Source: Octopus sinensis
Lineage: Eukaryota
Direction: 5' to 3'
Assembly: GCF_006345805.1 (NCBI RefSeq)
Contig: NC_042997.1
Coordinates: forward strand, 97,278,001 to 97,342,000
DNA length: 64,000 bases
Below the pieces are notes generated by a model, which made no database searches, was not told where the DNA came from, and saw only the letters and a list, made by a program, of their open reading frames with translations. Position numbers and translations under genes: made by a program. Shown piece by piece: positions 51,746 through 64,000 of this stretch; position 1 is the first letter of the stretch; every line of letters begins with the position of its first letter.

Positions 51746-52067
51746 TTGTTCTTTGAAGTTTAGTTGAAATTACCAATTGGAAGAGTTTCTTCTATGGCAT
51801 TAATTGACTTTGAGAAAGACCTGTAGCCACAACTTTCCCCTGTGATCAATGAATGGTATACTACCAAAATTTTAAACAATTAACAATCGTTTGACAACTG
51901 ATTCACCTAAGTCCCTAACTTCTGACTTCAAATTCTGTACAGAAATTTCTGATATCAACAATATAATATCAACAACCTTCTAAAATTTCATCTAAATTCA
52001 AATTTAGTAATAATGGATTATTAAGAAAACACAGAACTCTTTTGAGTTTACATGTGTGTATGAGCAT

Positions 52068-52106
<39 letters not shown>

Positions 52107-52290
52107 TGTGCATGTGTGTGTGTGTGCATGTGTTGTATATATATTCCTGTATACATGTATGTGTATATGTGTGTGTGTGTGTGTGCTTGTGGATGTGTGT
52201 GTGTGTATATATATATATGTGTATATGTGTGTGTGTGTGTGTGTGCTTGTGGATGTGTGTGTGTGTATATATATTCCTGTATATATATAT

Positions 52291-52518
52291 AAGGCGGCGA
52301 GCTGGCAGAAACGTTAGTGCACCAGGTGAAATGCTTAGCAGTGTTTCGTCTGTCGTTACGTTCTGAGTTCAAATTCCACCGAGGTCGACTTTGCCTTTCA
52401 TCCTTTCGGGGTCGATAAATAAAGTGCCAGTTTCGCACTGGGGTCGTTGTAATTGACTTAATCCGTTTGTCTGTCCCTGTTTGTCCCCTCTATGTTTAGC
52501 CCCTTATGGGCAGTAAAG

Positions 52519-52522
<4 letters not shown>
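52291..52522 (+). mobile_element. SINE family B copy
   Basis: aaggcggcgagctggcagaaacgttag ... cagtaaagaaata. Confidence 0.88.
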
Positions 52523-52561
<39 letters not shown>

Positions 52562-52627
52562 GGTCCCGGGTTGATTCGGGGTTAACCACAGTAAATAAGG
52601 TACTCAATACATAGCAGAGTAAAATTA

Positions 52628-52746
52628 ATTTATTATATAGAAGGAGCTTCTACAGGACTAGAACTGTTTCATTCAAGAGAAATCTTGAAGATTTCTCTTG
52701 AATGAAACAGTTCTAGTCCTGTAGAAGCTCCTTCTATATAATAAAT
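52628..52746. repeat. Perfect 119-bp palindrome (59-bp arms, 1-nt spacer)
   Basis: 52628-52686 is the exact reverse complement of 52688-52746. Confidence 0.95.
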
Positions 52747-55396
52747 ATATATATATATATTATATATATATATATATATTCCTGTATATATATGTGTATA
52801 TGTGTGTGTGCTTACGTGTGTGTGTGGTGTGTGTGTGTGTGAAGGTGCATGACCTAGGGGTTAAGGTATTGCACTCACTCACAATCACTAGATCACCATA
52901 GGTTTGATTCTCAGACCAGCTGACACAATGTGTTCTTGAGCAAAACACTTCATTTCACATTGCTCCACTCCACTCAGCTGCAGGTGGGTAACCCCATGAC
53001 AGAAGAACCTTATGATCAAAGACAACATTGGCCTGCTTACCTAGATTGCAGAGTGACATCATTTGAAAGCTAAAACAGTACGAAGGGCATTGTGACCAGC
53101 ACCAGCAATTCATAACAACATCTGATAGTCTTGTCCAGTGGTTCTCACCCAGGGTCCATATAGACCTTGAAGGTCCATATAAGACTTTTGGGGGTCCACG
53201 TGACAAAATAGTAAATTGGGGATCCACAATAGTATTTTAAGGGCCCCTGAAAAAATTCTGCTTCACATGTATGTATTGGTGTGTATTGCAAGAAAAAACA
53301 AGGTTTCTTTCTCTAACATTTTACATAGTCCAACCTACACAAGATAATGTGTAGAAAGCAAAATAAGGATTTTGAAAGAAGTTTCTATAAAACTAGTTTT
53401 TAAACATCAAATGGCTATGGGGTCTCCCAGAATAAAATAGGGGTCCATAGATAAAAAAAATGGTTGAGAGCCTTTGGTCTAATTGATACCGTAATGAGTG
53501 AAATTTGATAGATGAAAGCTATACTTAGAATAACTCTAAGAAATGCATCAGGGCAGGTGCTTAACTCTATTTTCATAGTGATAAGTAGATAAGGAATTAA
53601 TTTTCAGTTAGATAGAAGCCATCTATGTGGCTCTGGGTTCAATCTCATTGCATAACACTTTGGGCAAACGTGTCTTACTAGTTTATTGTTTCTAGTAGTT
53701 TGTTGTCACCTTGTAATACTAAGTGAAAAGTCCTGTTGTTGTTGCTGTCTCTGCCCAAAGTGTTACTTGGGTTTTGGTGTACTCTGGTTAGCTGGTGACC
53801 CCTGGACCTTGGCTAAATTTCTATAGCATAATATAATTTTTACTTACTCTTATAGAAATATGCACAAGTATATAGCTGGTATGTTTTGTAGATAACTTAG
53901 TTGCAATGGATAAATATCAAAAATAGCATCTGTTTCTTCACAGAGCTTACTTTTGATCTATAGACTTCTGAGTTATGGGCCCAACACACTTAAGTGAGTA
54001 ATTAAGCAAATATATAATGTATTATTTCTGGGTTACATTACTTCTGGTACATCATTCATCATATATAATTTATTTATTTTCATGCATTAGGCTGTGTCAA
54101 ATAAATGAAACATAGTAATTACATAATACATACTACAATACTGGGATGTTGATTTTCTTACTGAAAGATGACATTTCACTCTGCTGTTACTCCAAAAGTC
54201 ACATTCAACTAACCACATTCATAGATCTATGCAGTGCAAAGTTTTCTCTGTGTCTCTTCATTTGCCATTTTCAGATCAGCCAGAAGAAAATCAATTCTAT
54301 AAATGCTTCCCTTGCACAGCAACTGATCTTGCTATTAGTATACTATAGAAAATACACTTGATTGTCTTCCGCATTTTCTTGTCAAGATAAGCATAACATT
54401 ATTGGATATTTTTGTGGAGGAATGAATATAACATGAGACATTAATGTGTGGCATTTATGGTTTTCTTAATGTTTCTAAAACATTTATGTTCCTAAAAGAA
54501 AATGGATAAAACTGGCAGTGGCAGAGGTAGAGGTGTGGGCAAAACAGAAATGCAGAATAGGCACATTTAATTGCCCATTATCACTTCCATAAAACGAGTG
54601 ACAAATTAGGTCAAAGTAGTTACACCTATTTCTCATTATTAGCAACTTTAAAAATATCAAAATGTAACACAAATAGTAATAAATCACTTGATCTTATTTT
54701 GAAGTATGATGGTATTATTGTTGTTATTGTTTAAATCTGAGTCCAGCTATGACCAACCCGTCATTTCTATTTTCAGTTTTTTCTAGATATAGTGTACTTT
54801 CAGACTACATTATTTAATGTGTCCTTCCATTTACCCTATAGTCAACTGTTGTCTCAGACTGAACAGGTCTCAACACTCAGGGTATCTAGACTCTGGGGCA
54901 CCTTAGTCATCCAGGAAAGGGAGAGTTACAATGCAGACAGTAATACAATATAAGTCAGTAGAGGAGTATCCAGGAGTCATGGCCTGGATGTAGCTTGGCC
55001 CCACCTTAGAGTGTAAAGGGGCCAAGGACCAAAACACTTGTATGACATGGGTAGTAGGAGCCTTCTTCTCTGAAGACTTTCTGCTGTTCAGCTTCCCTAA
55101 TTCCTAATGATAATCAGATCCCTCTTGAATCACCTGCTATCCCTCTGGATTAACTAAATATTATTTATAAAGTAATATAAAAAAAATTACATTTCATAAT
55201 GCTTATACTAAAATTACCAAAATATGGATGACATAGGCTTGGCTATGTAGTAAGAAGTGTGTTTCCCAACCACATGGTTCTGGGTTCAATCCAACTGTGT
55301 GGCATCTTAGGTGAGTGTCTTCTATTAAAGCTCTTGGCCACCCAAAGCCTTGTGAGTGAATCTCATAGACAGAAACTGAAAGAAGCCTGTCATATA

Positions 55397-55428
<32 letters not shown>

Positions 55429-55679
55429 ATTAAGATTCCATTAAATTAGGTACTGAAATTGAGGCACCTTGCTAGGTCAGTATAATTCATATACCCAAGC
55501 AATATTAATTGAATGTTGAACATCAAGACTCCATGCTGGGGTGTTTGTACCTAATATTCCTGCTGTGCATGCAGACAATGCAACTTAGCTAAGAGAAGAT
55601 ATCCACTCTTGGTAATTCAGACATGTACTTTCTACAATATTTTCAAAGTGCAGATTCCAAGTTAGGTGAATGAAATATA

Positions 55680-56080
55680 AATAACAAGGATGTCCAGGTG
55701 ATAATTCATTACGGCTGTTTCAAGTGACTACTTTAATTGATTAATGTAAACATTACATCATTTGAAATAAACCGTTCTCGTCAGATGACTGCATAAACTT
55801 CAAACATAAAGCATACAACCATTTCCTTAACATATTTGCATCAATAATGGAACTCAAGATATTTACATTGTTTCTTTTGTCATATCAGACAGAAATATTT
55901 TGAGTTTTGTTATTGATTGATGTGGATACGTTAAGGAAATGGTCGTATGCTTTATGTTTGAAGTCTATGCAGTCATCTGACGAGAACGGTTTCTATCAAA
56001 TGATGTAATGTTTTCATTAATCAATTAAAGAGGTTGCTTAAAACAGATGTAATAAATTGACACCTGTACATCTTTGTTAC
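55680..56080. mobile_element. Head-to-head inverted pair of the same hammerhead-bearing repeat as at 4511-4748
   Basis: Arms about 55680-55862 and 55893-56080; both carry gtcatCTGACGAgaacggttt..aatgatgtaatgt..cattaatcaat, shared with 4645-4695. Confidence 0.75.
55704..55790 (-). ncRNA. Type I hammerhead motif with long stem II region (partly degenerate)
   Basis: Minus strand TCAT CTGACGA, 56 nt, GAAA CAGCCG T A ATGA; core intact, one mismatch in stem III, 4-bp stem I. Confidence 0.5.
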
Positions 56081-56309
56081 TCATTTATGTGTGTGTGTGT
56101 GGAGAGAGAGAGAGAGGTAAATGTATGTATGTATATTCTCTTTCTCTTTTTAATTTAGAAGGGATTTTGACCAGCCACCTACATGGTAGCAAGGTTGTGA
56201 ATGAAAGCATCTTGTTTTGGTCATCATCCTTTAAATCTTAAGAAGGTCTCACAGTTTTTATAGTCCCAGATATTGTGATCATTTGTAGTGTATGAATTAA
56301 GGATTTGCA

Positions 56310-56800
56310 TTCTCATACCAAGAATCCAACTTCAGCCATACCTTGTTCAAGACAGGTTGCTCTAACGATAATAGGGAGGAAACAGCAAGTGTATCTTAGA
56401 TACAGAATTAGCAAACACCTTATTAATGGTCCGTAGATGTCTTCTTTCTCTTGTATTTTCCTTACCACGCTAGTGCCTAGAGGGCAGCTGATTTCCACAA
56501 TAGAACATATCTTTATCTTGTGGCCCCACACAACAATATCTGGCTGGCTGTGCTTTAACTTGGTGGTTGTTTTGATTTTTAAGTTCCACCAATATTATTT
56601 TTACCTATCAGTCTTAATATAGTCAGCTTCGTCTGTAGGTATTTTCTTTTTTGTTGTCCTGTTCCAGGCTTTTCTGACCACAGCATCATGCTTCATGGGA
56701 AGAAGATAACATCTGGAAAGCATTTTCTCACAGTTGGCAATAATGCTGTTGATGTTTTCAATCTTGGTCTTGTACAGCCTACATTTGTTGTCTGTCAATG
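56310..56800 (-). mobile_element. RLE-type (R4/NeSL-like) non-LTR retrotransposon C-terminal relic
   Basis: CRL.KTKIENIN.IIANC (CCHC knuckle), KHDAV, KHSQPDIVVW, CSIVEISCPL, EKEDIYGPL (PD..D/ExK endonuclease). Confidence 0.75.
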
Positions 56801-56905
56801 ATTTCTGCCTTTTATGCTGTAGGTACTTGGCAGGGATCTATTGTTCTTTCATAGCATGGGGGTAGCCTTTGAAGTGGGATGTCAGTATGCCATGCCAAGC
56901 TTTTG

Positions 56906-56953
<48 letters not shown>

Positions 56954-57714
56954 ATGTGAACGTGTGTGTACGTGTGAACGTGTGTGCATATGTATGTTTA
57001 TCCCCCACCATTGCTTGACCACCAGCATTGGTTTGTTAATATCTCTGTAACTTGGGACTACAGCAAAATACTCTGATAGAATAGCCAGGCTTTAAAAAAT
57101 AAGTACTGACATTGCTTAGTTCACCTAAAGTTCTTTGAGACAGTACCTCAGCATGGCCACAGTTCAATGACAGAAATAAGTGAAAGAAAAGAAGATATAA
57201 ATGTCATAAAAATTATTTATTAGAATCTTTTGTTATGTTTCAAACACCAGCTTAATCATGGAGTTTATTATTTTACTTAAAGCCCACAATATTCATTATC
57301 ATTTTTGAAACTCTTTGAAACACCGTGTATTTTATTGGAAATATCATCACAAATAACTGAAGTTAAATGATTAAGCTGAAAGCACAGTTCAGGCTATAAA
57401 AAACTCACACTTTATTTCTGCTATCTTAATATTGTGAGAAGACCAAGTCAATAAAATATCACACAACCAGCTGAGAAATTGGTTTATGTGATATAAAAAC
57501 TAAGCAATATTTTCCTATGTTTTTATCATTTTTTTTTCTTTTTCTTTTTCAAATAAAGAACAGAAAATTACAACTAGCATAAAAGAAATTGTGTGAACTT
57601 ATTCTCATAAATCATAAAATAGTTATTTTAGCAGTCATATTTTCTTTTTCTCAGCAGCAAAAATATTTTGCTGATTTCTTTTCACTAAGTACAAAGCCTA
57701 TTATTATTATTATT

Positions 57715-57868
57715 ATTGAGAAAGCAGTGAACTGGCAGAATTATTAGCAGTATTTCGCCTGTTGCTATTTTCTGAGTTCAAACACCTCCAAGCTCAACTT
57801 CACCTTTCATCCTTTTGAGGTTGATAAATTGAGTACCAGTAATGTTGGTATGCCATGCCAAGCTTATG

Positions 57869-57909
<41 letters not shown>

Positions 57910-58112
57910 CGTGCATATGTGTATTTATCCCCCACCATTGCTTGACTACCAGTGTTGGCATTTCATCCATCCTTATCATCTGAGTTCAAATTCCGCCAAA
58001 GTCAATAAATCAAGTACTATTTGTGTAATAGACTGATATAATAGATTGGCCCCCTAGTAATTGACTTGTTCTCTTCCCCAAAATTTCAGGCCTTGTGCTT
58101 TTAGTAAGAAAG

Positions 58113-58150
<38 letters not shown>

Positions 58151-58615
58151 GTATAAGGTGGTGAGCTGGCAGAATCATTAGCACACTGGACAAAATGCTT
58201 AGCAGTGTTTTGCTCATTGCTATGTTCTGAGCTCAAATTCCACCAAGGTCAACTTTGCCTTTCATCATTTCGGGGTCGATAAATTAAGTACCAGTGAAAC
58301 ACTGGGGGTCGATGTAATCAACTCATCCCCTCCTCCAAAATGGCTGCCCTTGTGAGAAAATTTGAAACAATTATTATTATCATTATTAAGGTGGCAAACT
58401 GGAAGAATTGTTAGCATGCCAGGTGGAAAGCTTAGCAGTATTTCATTTATTGCTACATTCTGAGTTCAAATTTTGCCAAGGTCAACTTTGCCTTTCATCC
58501 TTTCGGGGTCGATAAATTAAATATCAGTCAAGTACTGGGGTTGATGTGATTGATTGCGCCACTCCCCACAAAAATTTAGCCCTTGTGTCTATAGTAGAAA
58601 GGATTATTATTATTG

Positions 58616-58690
<75 letters not shown>

Positions 58691-59154
58691 GTATAAGGTG
58701 GTGAGCTGGCAGAATCATTAGCACACTGGACAAAATGCTTAGCAGTGTTTTGCTCATTGCTATGTTCTGAGCTCAATTCCACCAAGGTCAACTTTGCCTT
58801 TCATCATTTCGGGGTCGATAAATTAAGTACCAGTGAAACACTGGGGGTCGATGTAATCAACTCATCCCCTCCCCCAAAATGGCTGCCCTTGTGAGAAAAT
58901 TTGAAACAATTATTATTATCATTATTAAGGTGGCAAACTGGAAGAATTGTTAGCATGCCAGGTGGAAAGCTTAGCAGTATTTCATTTATTGCTACATTCT
59001 GAGTTCAAATTTTGCCATGGTCAACTTTGCCTTTCATCCTTTCGGGGTCGATAAATTAAATATCAGTCAAGTACTGGGGTTGATGTGATTGATTGCGCCA
59101 CTCCCCACAAAAATTTAGGCCTTGTGTCTATAGTAGAAAGGATTATTATTATTG

Positions 59155-59207
<53 letters not shown>

Positions 59208-60750
59208 TAGTTTTATATTTATAATGCGCTTTCACTTCACTACCTAGTGCAGCTCTGTGTGCCTTGGGTATGTGCTGTGGTTTGCTGAAATTTGGGAGGA
59301 AGGTGACTAGTTGATTACATCAACCTCAGTATTTCACTGGTACTTGATTCATCAACCCTGAAAGGATGAAAGGTAAAGTCAATCTCAGTGAAATTTGAAC
59401 ACAGAATGTAAGGCAGCAAGCTGGCAGAATCATTAATACACTGGACAAAATGCTTAGTAGCATTTCATCCTTCCTTACGTTCTGAGTTCAAATTCTGCCG
59501 AGGTCAACTTTGCCTTTCATCCTTTCAGGGTCAATAATTTAAGTACCAGCTGAGTACTGTAGTCAATGTAATCGACTTACCCCATCTCCACCCAAATTTC
59601 AGGCCTTGTGCCTATAGCAGAAAAGATTATTATTATTATTATTATTGTTATTATTATTATCATTATTATTATTATTATTTGAGTTCAAATTCCACCAAGG
59701 TTGACTTTGCCTTTCATCCTTCAGACTTGATAGAATAGGTACCAGTTGAGTACTGGGGTTGACGTAATCGATTTAGCCCCTTCCCAAAATTTCAGGCCTT
59801 GTACCTATAGTACAAAGAAATATTATTATTATTGTTGTTGTTGTTATTAAGGCAGCAAGCTGGCATTTCATCCGTCCTTGTCTTCTGAGTTCAAATTCCA
59901 CCAAAGTCGATAAATCAAGTGCTATTTGTGTAATAGACTGATCTAATGGATTGGCCCCCTTCCACAAAATTTCAGGCCTTGTGCCTATAGTAGAAAGGAT
60001 CATTATTATTATTATTAAGGCAGCAAGCTGGCAGAATCATTAGCTGGACAAAATGCTTAGTGGTATTTCACCCATTGCTACATTCTGAGTTCAAATTCCA
60101 CTGAGATCGACTTTACTTTTCATCCTTTCCAGACACAACACAGACCACACTTTCAGATTTTTAAAATAAAGTTTTCAGAAATAACCCAATAAGTTTACCA
60201 TTAATTCTATGAAATATTCACAGTTCCTGCTAGTTATTATTATTGTTATTATTAAGGCGACTAGTAGAAACTCACTATGGAGCAAGTGGGCAGCAGGAGA
60301 AATTTTCAGAGAAAGAACTCCCATCAAGCGTTTGGTCCATCAGTTCCTAATATTCTAAGGAGCCAGGCCTACCTAGGTCATGACTCCTGGGTGTCCTACT
60401 TTTTTGAAATACCACCTTTAATGGGGATTGAACTAGGAACCATCAGGTGATTTTATATCTCTGAACCGTGGTGCATGTATCTCGGTCATGAACACCACAG
60501 GAAAAATTTGCTCTGTTGATATATTTTAAACAGGGTTTTCGTTCAACTATTTTTACTGGCTCAATGTTAAGTGATGTCCAAACCGCTTCATGGTATTTCG
60601 TCTATCTTTACATTCTGAGTTCAAAATCTTCCCAGGGTCCACTTTGCTTTTCATCCTTTCAGGGTCAATATAATAAGTACCAGTTGAGTGCTGTAATTGA
60701 TTTACCCCTGCCTCTGAACCTGTTGGCCTTGTGCCAAAATTTGAAACCAT
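57715..60750 (+). mobile_element. Dense array of diverged SINE family B copies with (TTA)n tails; includes a 540-bp tandem duplication at about 58150-59200
   Basis: Repeated gagctggcagaatc..ttctgagttcaaattc..ctttgcctttcatcc bodies; lines starting 58141 and 58681 align with offset 540. Confidence 0.85.
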
Positions 60751-61225
60751 TGTTAAGTGATGTGCAATTATTTCCTTTTATGAAGAATATAGCTTCTGAT
60801 TATTTTCCTGAAATCTTTGGTAGTGAAACAACTCTTTGCATGTGACTCACATGTTATCTACTGAAACAGCTTAACCCGGATACCATATTAAATTAGAATA
60901 TTTTTATTATAATTTTTCAACTTAGTGAATCAAGCATTTGTGGAATTGTAAACGAGGATGTAAAGTAAAGGCCAAGTAAATATAATTATACACAACCTCA
61001 GTGATTCGCAGAATGAGTTCTGTGGGGGAAAAAAACTGGTATTTCGTAAGTTAAGGCATCTCTAAATAAAGTTCAATTAAAATTTATTCCATACAAAATC
61101 ATTATTCACTCTTTTCAAAATAATAAAATATTATAATTTTTCTAAACGAATCTGAATTATTATTTTTTTTTTTTATATTTAATGTCTTAGACTGGTGTTT
61201 TGCCTTATTAAAAACTGCATACATA

Positions 61226-62384
61226 CAGGATATTCAAGCTAAATTTGATAATTTCTTTTTTTATGTCTCCCTTTATTTTAGGAACAGTTTGATGTATTGG
61301 TGAATAGGCAATGGCACTGGAGAGCATAAATATTAAAGTTGTTGTCAAGGAAAAGTTAGCTGACATGGAAGAGAGGAAGCTATCTAAATATTGAAAAATA
61401 GTTACCTGTATTATGATGATTCATACTGGCTATCAAAATGCTGACATCATGACTGCTGTTCAATGTTCTCTGAACACTGTAAAGGCTGTAAGTAAAAAGG
61501 TAAAGTTACCTTCTCGAATCATGCCAACTCCTAAGGGCTGGTTTCCCGGTTTCTATGGTACATAAATTCCCCACCTGGACAGGATGCCAGTCCATATCAG
61601 AATCACTCATTTTTGCCAGCTGAGTGGACTAGAGCAATGTGAAATGAAGCCTTTTGCTCAAAAATACATGTCTCCCAGTCCAGGAACCAAAACCACAATC
61701 TTACAATCATGACTCCAACACCCTAACCACTAAGCCATGCAATTCCAGGCTCTAAGATGTGACATGGACTTCAGGAAAACCAAGTTTCCCAAACTGTGGT
61801 GGTTTTTTAGTGTGCCTCCAATGAGGATGACATCATGCCACCCCACACCTTAGAACAGGGCTTTAGGCTAAATTTAGATGGTTATGTGAAGTTGCTGGAG
61901 ACTGTTGTCAAACCCTGGCTGGAGAGGGATGCTGCAGGAAAGCCATATGTATAGCAGCAGGATTCACCTTCTTGCCATGCATCTGGAAAGAGTCAGAAGT
62001 GCTTGTTGGAGAATTTCTACAACTTCACCAGCCCTAATTTCTGACCTCCTGATTCCCCTGATTATAATCTCATAGATTACTGTGTGGAACTCTGCTGAGA
62101 AAGACACCAACTGCTTTGCTTGCAACATCAAGGCTGAGCTGATGGCCAAGATCAAGAATGTGTTTTAAAGATCTTCCCAGAGATAAAGTGAGGAACACAG
62201 GCACCAGGTTCCAGAGTTATCTTGAGGCCATGGTGGAAGCTGAGGCTGAGTAATTTGAGTAAACTGTTATCTACCAGCGTTAATCTAGATGACATTTAAA
62301 ATTTTTTTTAATATTTTTACTTTTGAATGGGATGTGTTTTCTTTTCCATTTATACAAATAGTCGAATTTAGTTCAAACAACCTG
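61226..62384 (+). mobile_element. maT-like (DD37D) mariner transposon, decayed, interrupted by a SINE at 61498-61745
   Basis: TIRs caggatattcaagctaaatttga / tcgaatttagttcaaacaacctg; MEERKLS..IMMI..GYQNADIM HTH; QQDSPSCH to SPDYNLID with 37 residues between the two D. Confidence 0.8.
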
Positions 62385-63194
62385 CACGTGTGTGTGTGTG
62401 TGTGTGTGTGTATATATCTATATTATACTAAAACTCAAAGTTTGTCTGTTTTCCTGAAATTTAAGATGATAAAAATTACAAATAAAATAGTCATTTTCTC
62501 CTTTAAGGAAAAAAAAATCAAGTTCAAAATGTCAACACTTCAAAGAGTCATTGAAGCTTCCATCATCTGTCCTTTTTTTTTACTATCTTTTTTCTTCCTT
62601 TAATCATTTATACAACCTTTGGAGTGGCATGAACTTGAAAGATAGAAATTCTCCCTATATTTCTATAAGATATTTTTGAATCACAGGTACTTGATTTTTT
62701 TTTAAGGGAAAATTACTTTTATGAATTTGCATTGCAAGGTAAACAAAATCATCACTCCAGCAGTGGCCAACAAGAATGCCAGATACATTTCAGACATTTT
62801 GGGCCTTTTCAATGACATGTACTCATCACTAGTCACACACCTGGATGAGAATTCATTACTTGGGATGATTTTTCATCTTCCACCTATATCCAGGGCACAT
62901 CTATGACAGATGTTACCTCGGGATGAATACAATGTACATCTTGCTAGGAAGTTTATTCTGGAGAAACACTTTGTTCTGGTTAGTTTAACAGAATCCTTAA
63001 CAAACACAAGATTAAGTCCTCTTTTTCTATTACACCTAATCTAGCCTATAACATTGCCACTATTAACTGTTTTAGGATTAATAACAATTTCCCAAGAAAG
63101 ACTAATATCATTAACCTTAACAGGTGCAGACCCCAAACACACGCTATTCTTGTTTTTTCTCAACATATCTAGTAAATATATATATAGTCTTTTA

Positions 63195-63582
63195 TTCTTT
63201 TACTTGTTTCAGTCATTTGACTACTGCCATGCTGAAGCACCACCTTTAGTCAAGCAAATCAACCTCAGGACTTATTCTATCAGTGTCTTTTGGTGAACTG
63301 CTAAATTATGGGTACGTAAACACCAGCATCAGTTGTCAAGTGATTTGAGGTTGGGGGGGACAAACACTGAGACACACACACACACACACACACACAGACA
63401 CACACACACATATATATATATACAATGGGCTTCGTTCAGTTTCCATCGACCAAATCCATTCACAAGGCTTTGGTCGGCCCGAGGCTATGGTAGAAGACAC
63501 TTGACCAAAGTGTCACACAGTGAGACTGAACAGGAACCACGTGGTTGGTAAGCAAGCTACTTATCGCACAACTACTCCTGTG

Positions 63583-63667
<85 letters not shown>

Positions 63668-63830
63668 GATGGGCATCTTTCAGTTTCTGTCTACCAAACC
63701 CACTCACAAGGTTTTGGTCAGCCCGAGGCAATAGTAGAAGACACTTCCCTAAGGTGCCACACAATGGGACTGAACCCAGAACCATGTGGTTGAGAAACAA
63801 ATTTCTTACCACACAGCCGCTCCTGCACCT
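63195..63830 (-). mobile_element. SINE family A copies (63195-63585 and head 63665-63830)
   Basis: Reverse complement of family-A head and tail with internal microsatellites. Confidence 0.82.
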
Positions 63831-63849
63831 AAAATTACATAAAAATATT

Positions 63850-64000
63850 TTGAAATACTAAAGAGTATTTCAATAATATTGTCATTGGCTTCAACCACAC
63901 CCTCCAGACGACTTCAGAATCTCCTGCAACTATTCCGGATTGTCTCCTTATTTAAATTGACAAATGCTACCATTATCCTTGCCTTCAGTTCATCTTTGGT
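63850..64000 (-). mobile_element. mariner/maT transposase C-terminal fragment running off the window
   Basis: TKDELKARIMVAF.NLNKETI...CRRF..RLEGVVEAN. Confidence 0.7.

Noticed and set aside
54155-54345. Apparent minus-strand exon with AG/GT borders
   Set aside because: All three frames contain stops.
61279-61400. Plus-strand acceptor ttttag|GAACAG and ORF MALESINIK..
   Set aside because: Lies inside the 5' region of the maT-like transposon.

Overview
AT-rich, repeat-saturated animal genomic DNA. The SINE families, dense (TA)n/(CA)n/(GATA)n/(CATA)n microsatellites and transposon mix look to me like an octopus genome; this is recognition from memory, not a database result. Most ORFs in the supplied track are microsatellite artefacts. 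Supported coding relics are all transposon-derived: Tc1 DD34E with IR/DR ends (7.7-9.3 kb), mariner-type relics, a Helitron Pif1-like helicase (13.7-15.0 kb), RTE LINEs, Gypsy gag/integrase, RLE-type LINE fragments, a Penelope-like GIY-YIG relic, and a 5.6 kb hAT element (8-bp TSD) with nested pogo, Helitron and SINE insertions. A weak host-gene candidate (promoter-like CpG patch near 24 kb, two phase-compatible minus-strand exons) may also be present. The main discovery is a set of hammerhead-ribozyme elements. (1) At 35938-36955 a concatemer of a 355-bp unit is inserted into the hAT transposase with a 12-bp TSD, one part inverted. Each of its three ribozyme copies is an identical type I hammerhead with a covariant U3-A8 core, palindromic stem III and extended stem I, which fits a retrozyme-like (circular RNA) retroelement. 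(2) At 4.5, 7.2 and 55.7 kb are head-to-head inverted pairs of type I hammerhead-like motifs with a 53-56-nt stem II region and palindromic or near-palindromic stem III, probably Penelope-associated. All RNA folds were derived by hand and are untested.
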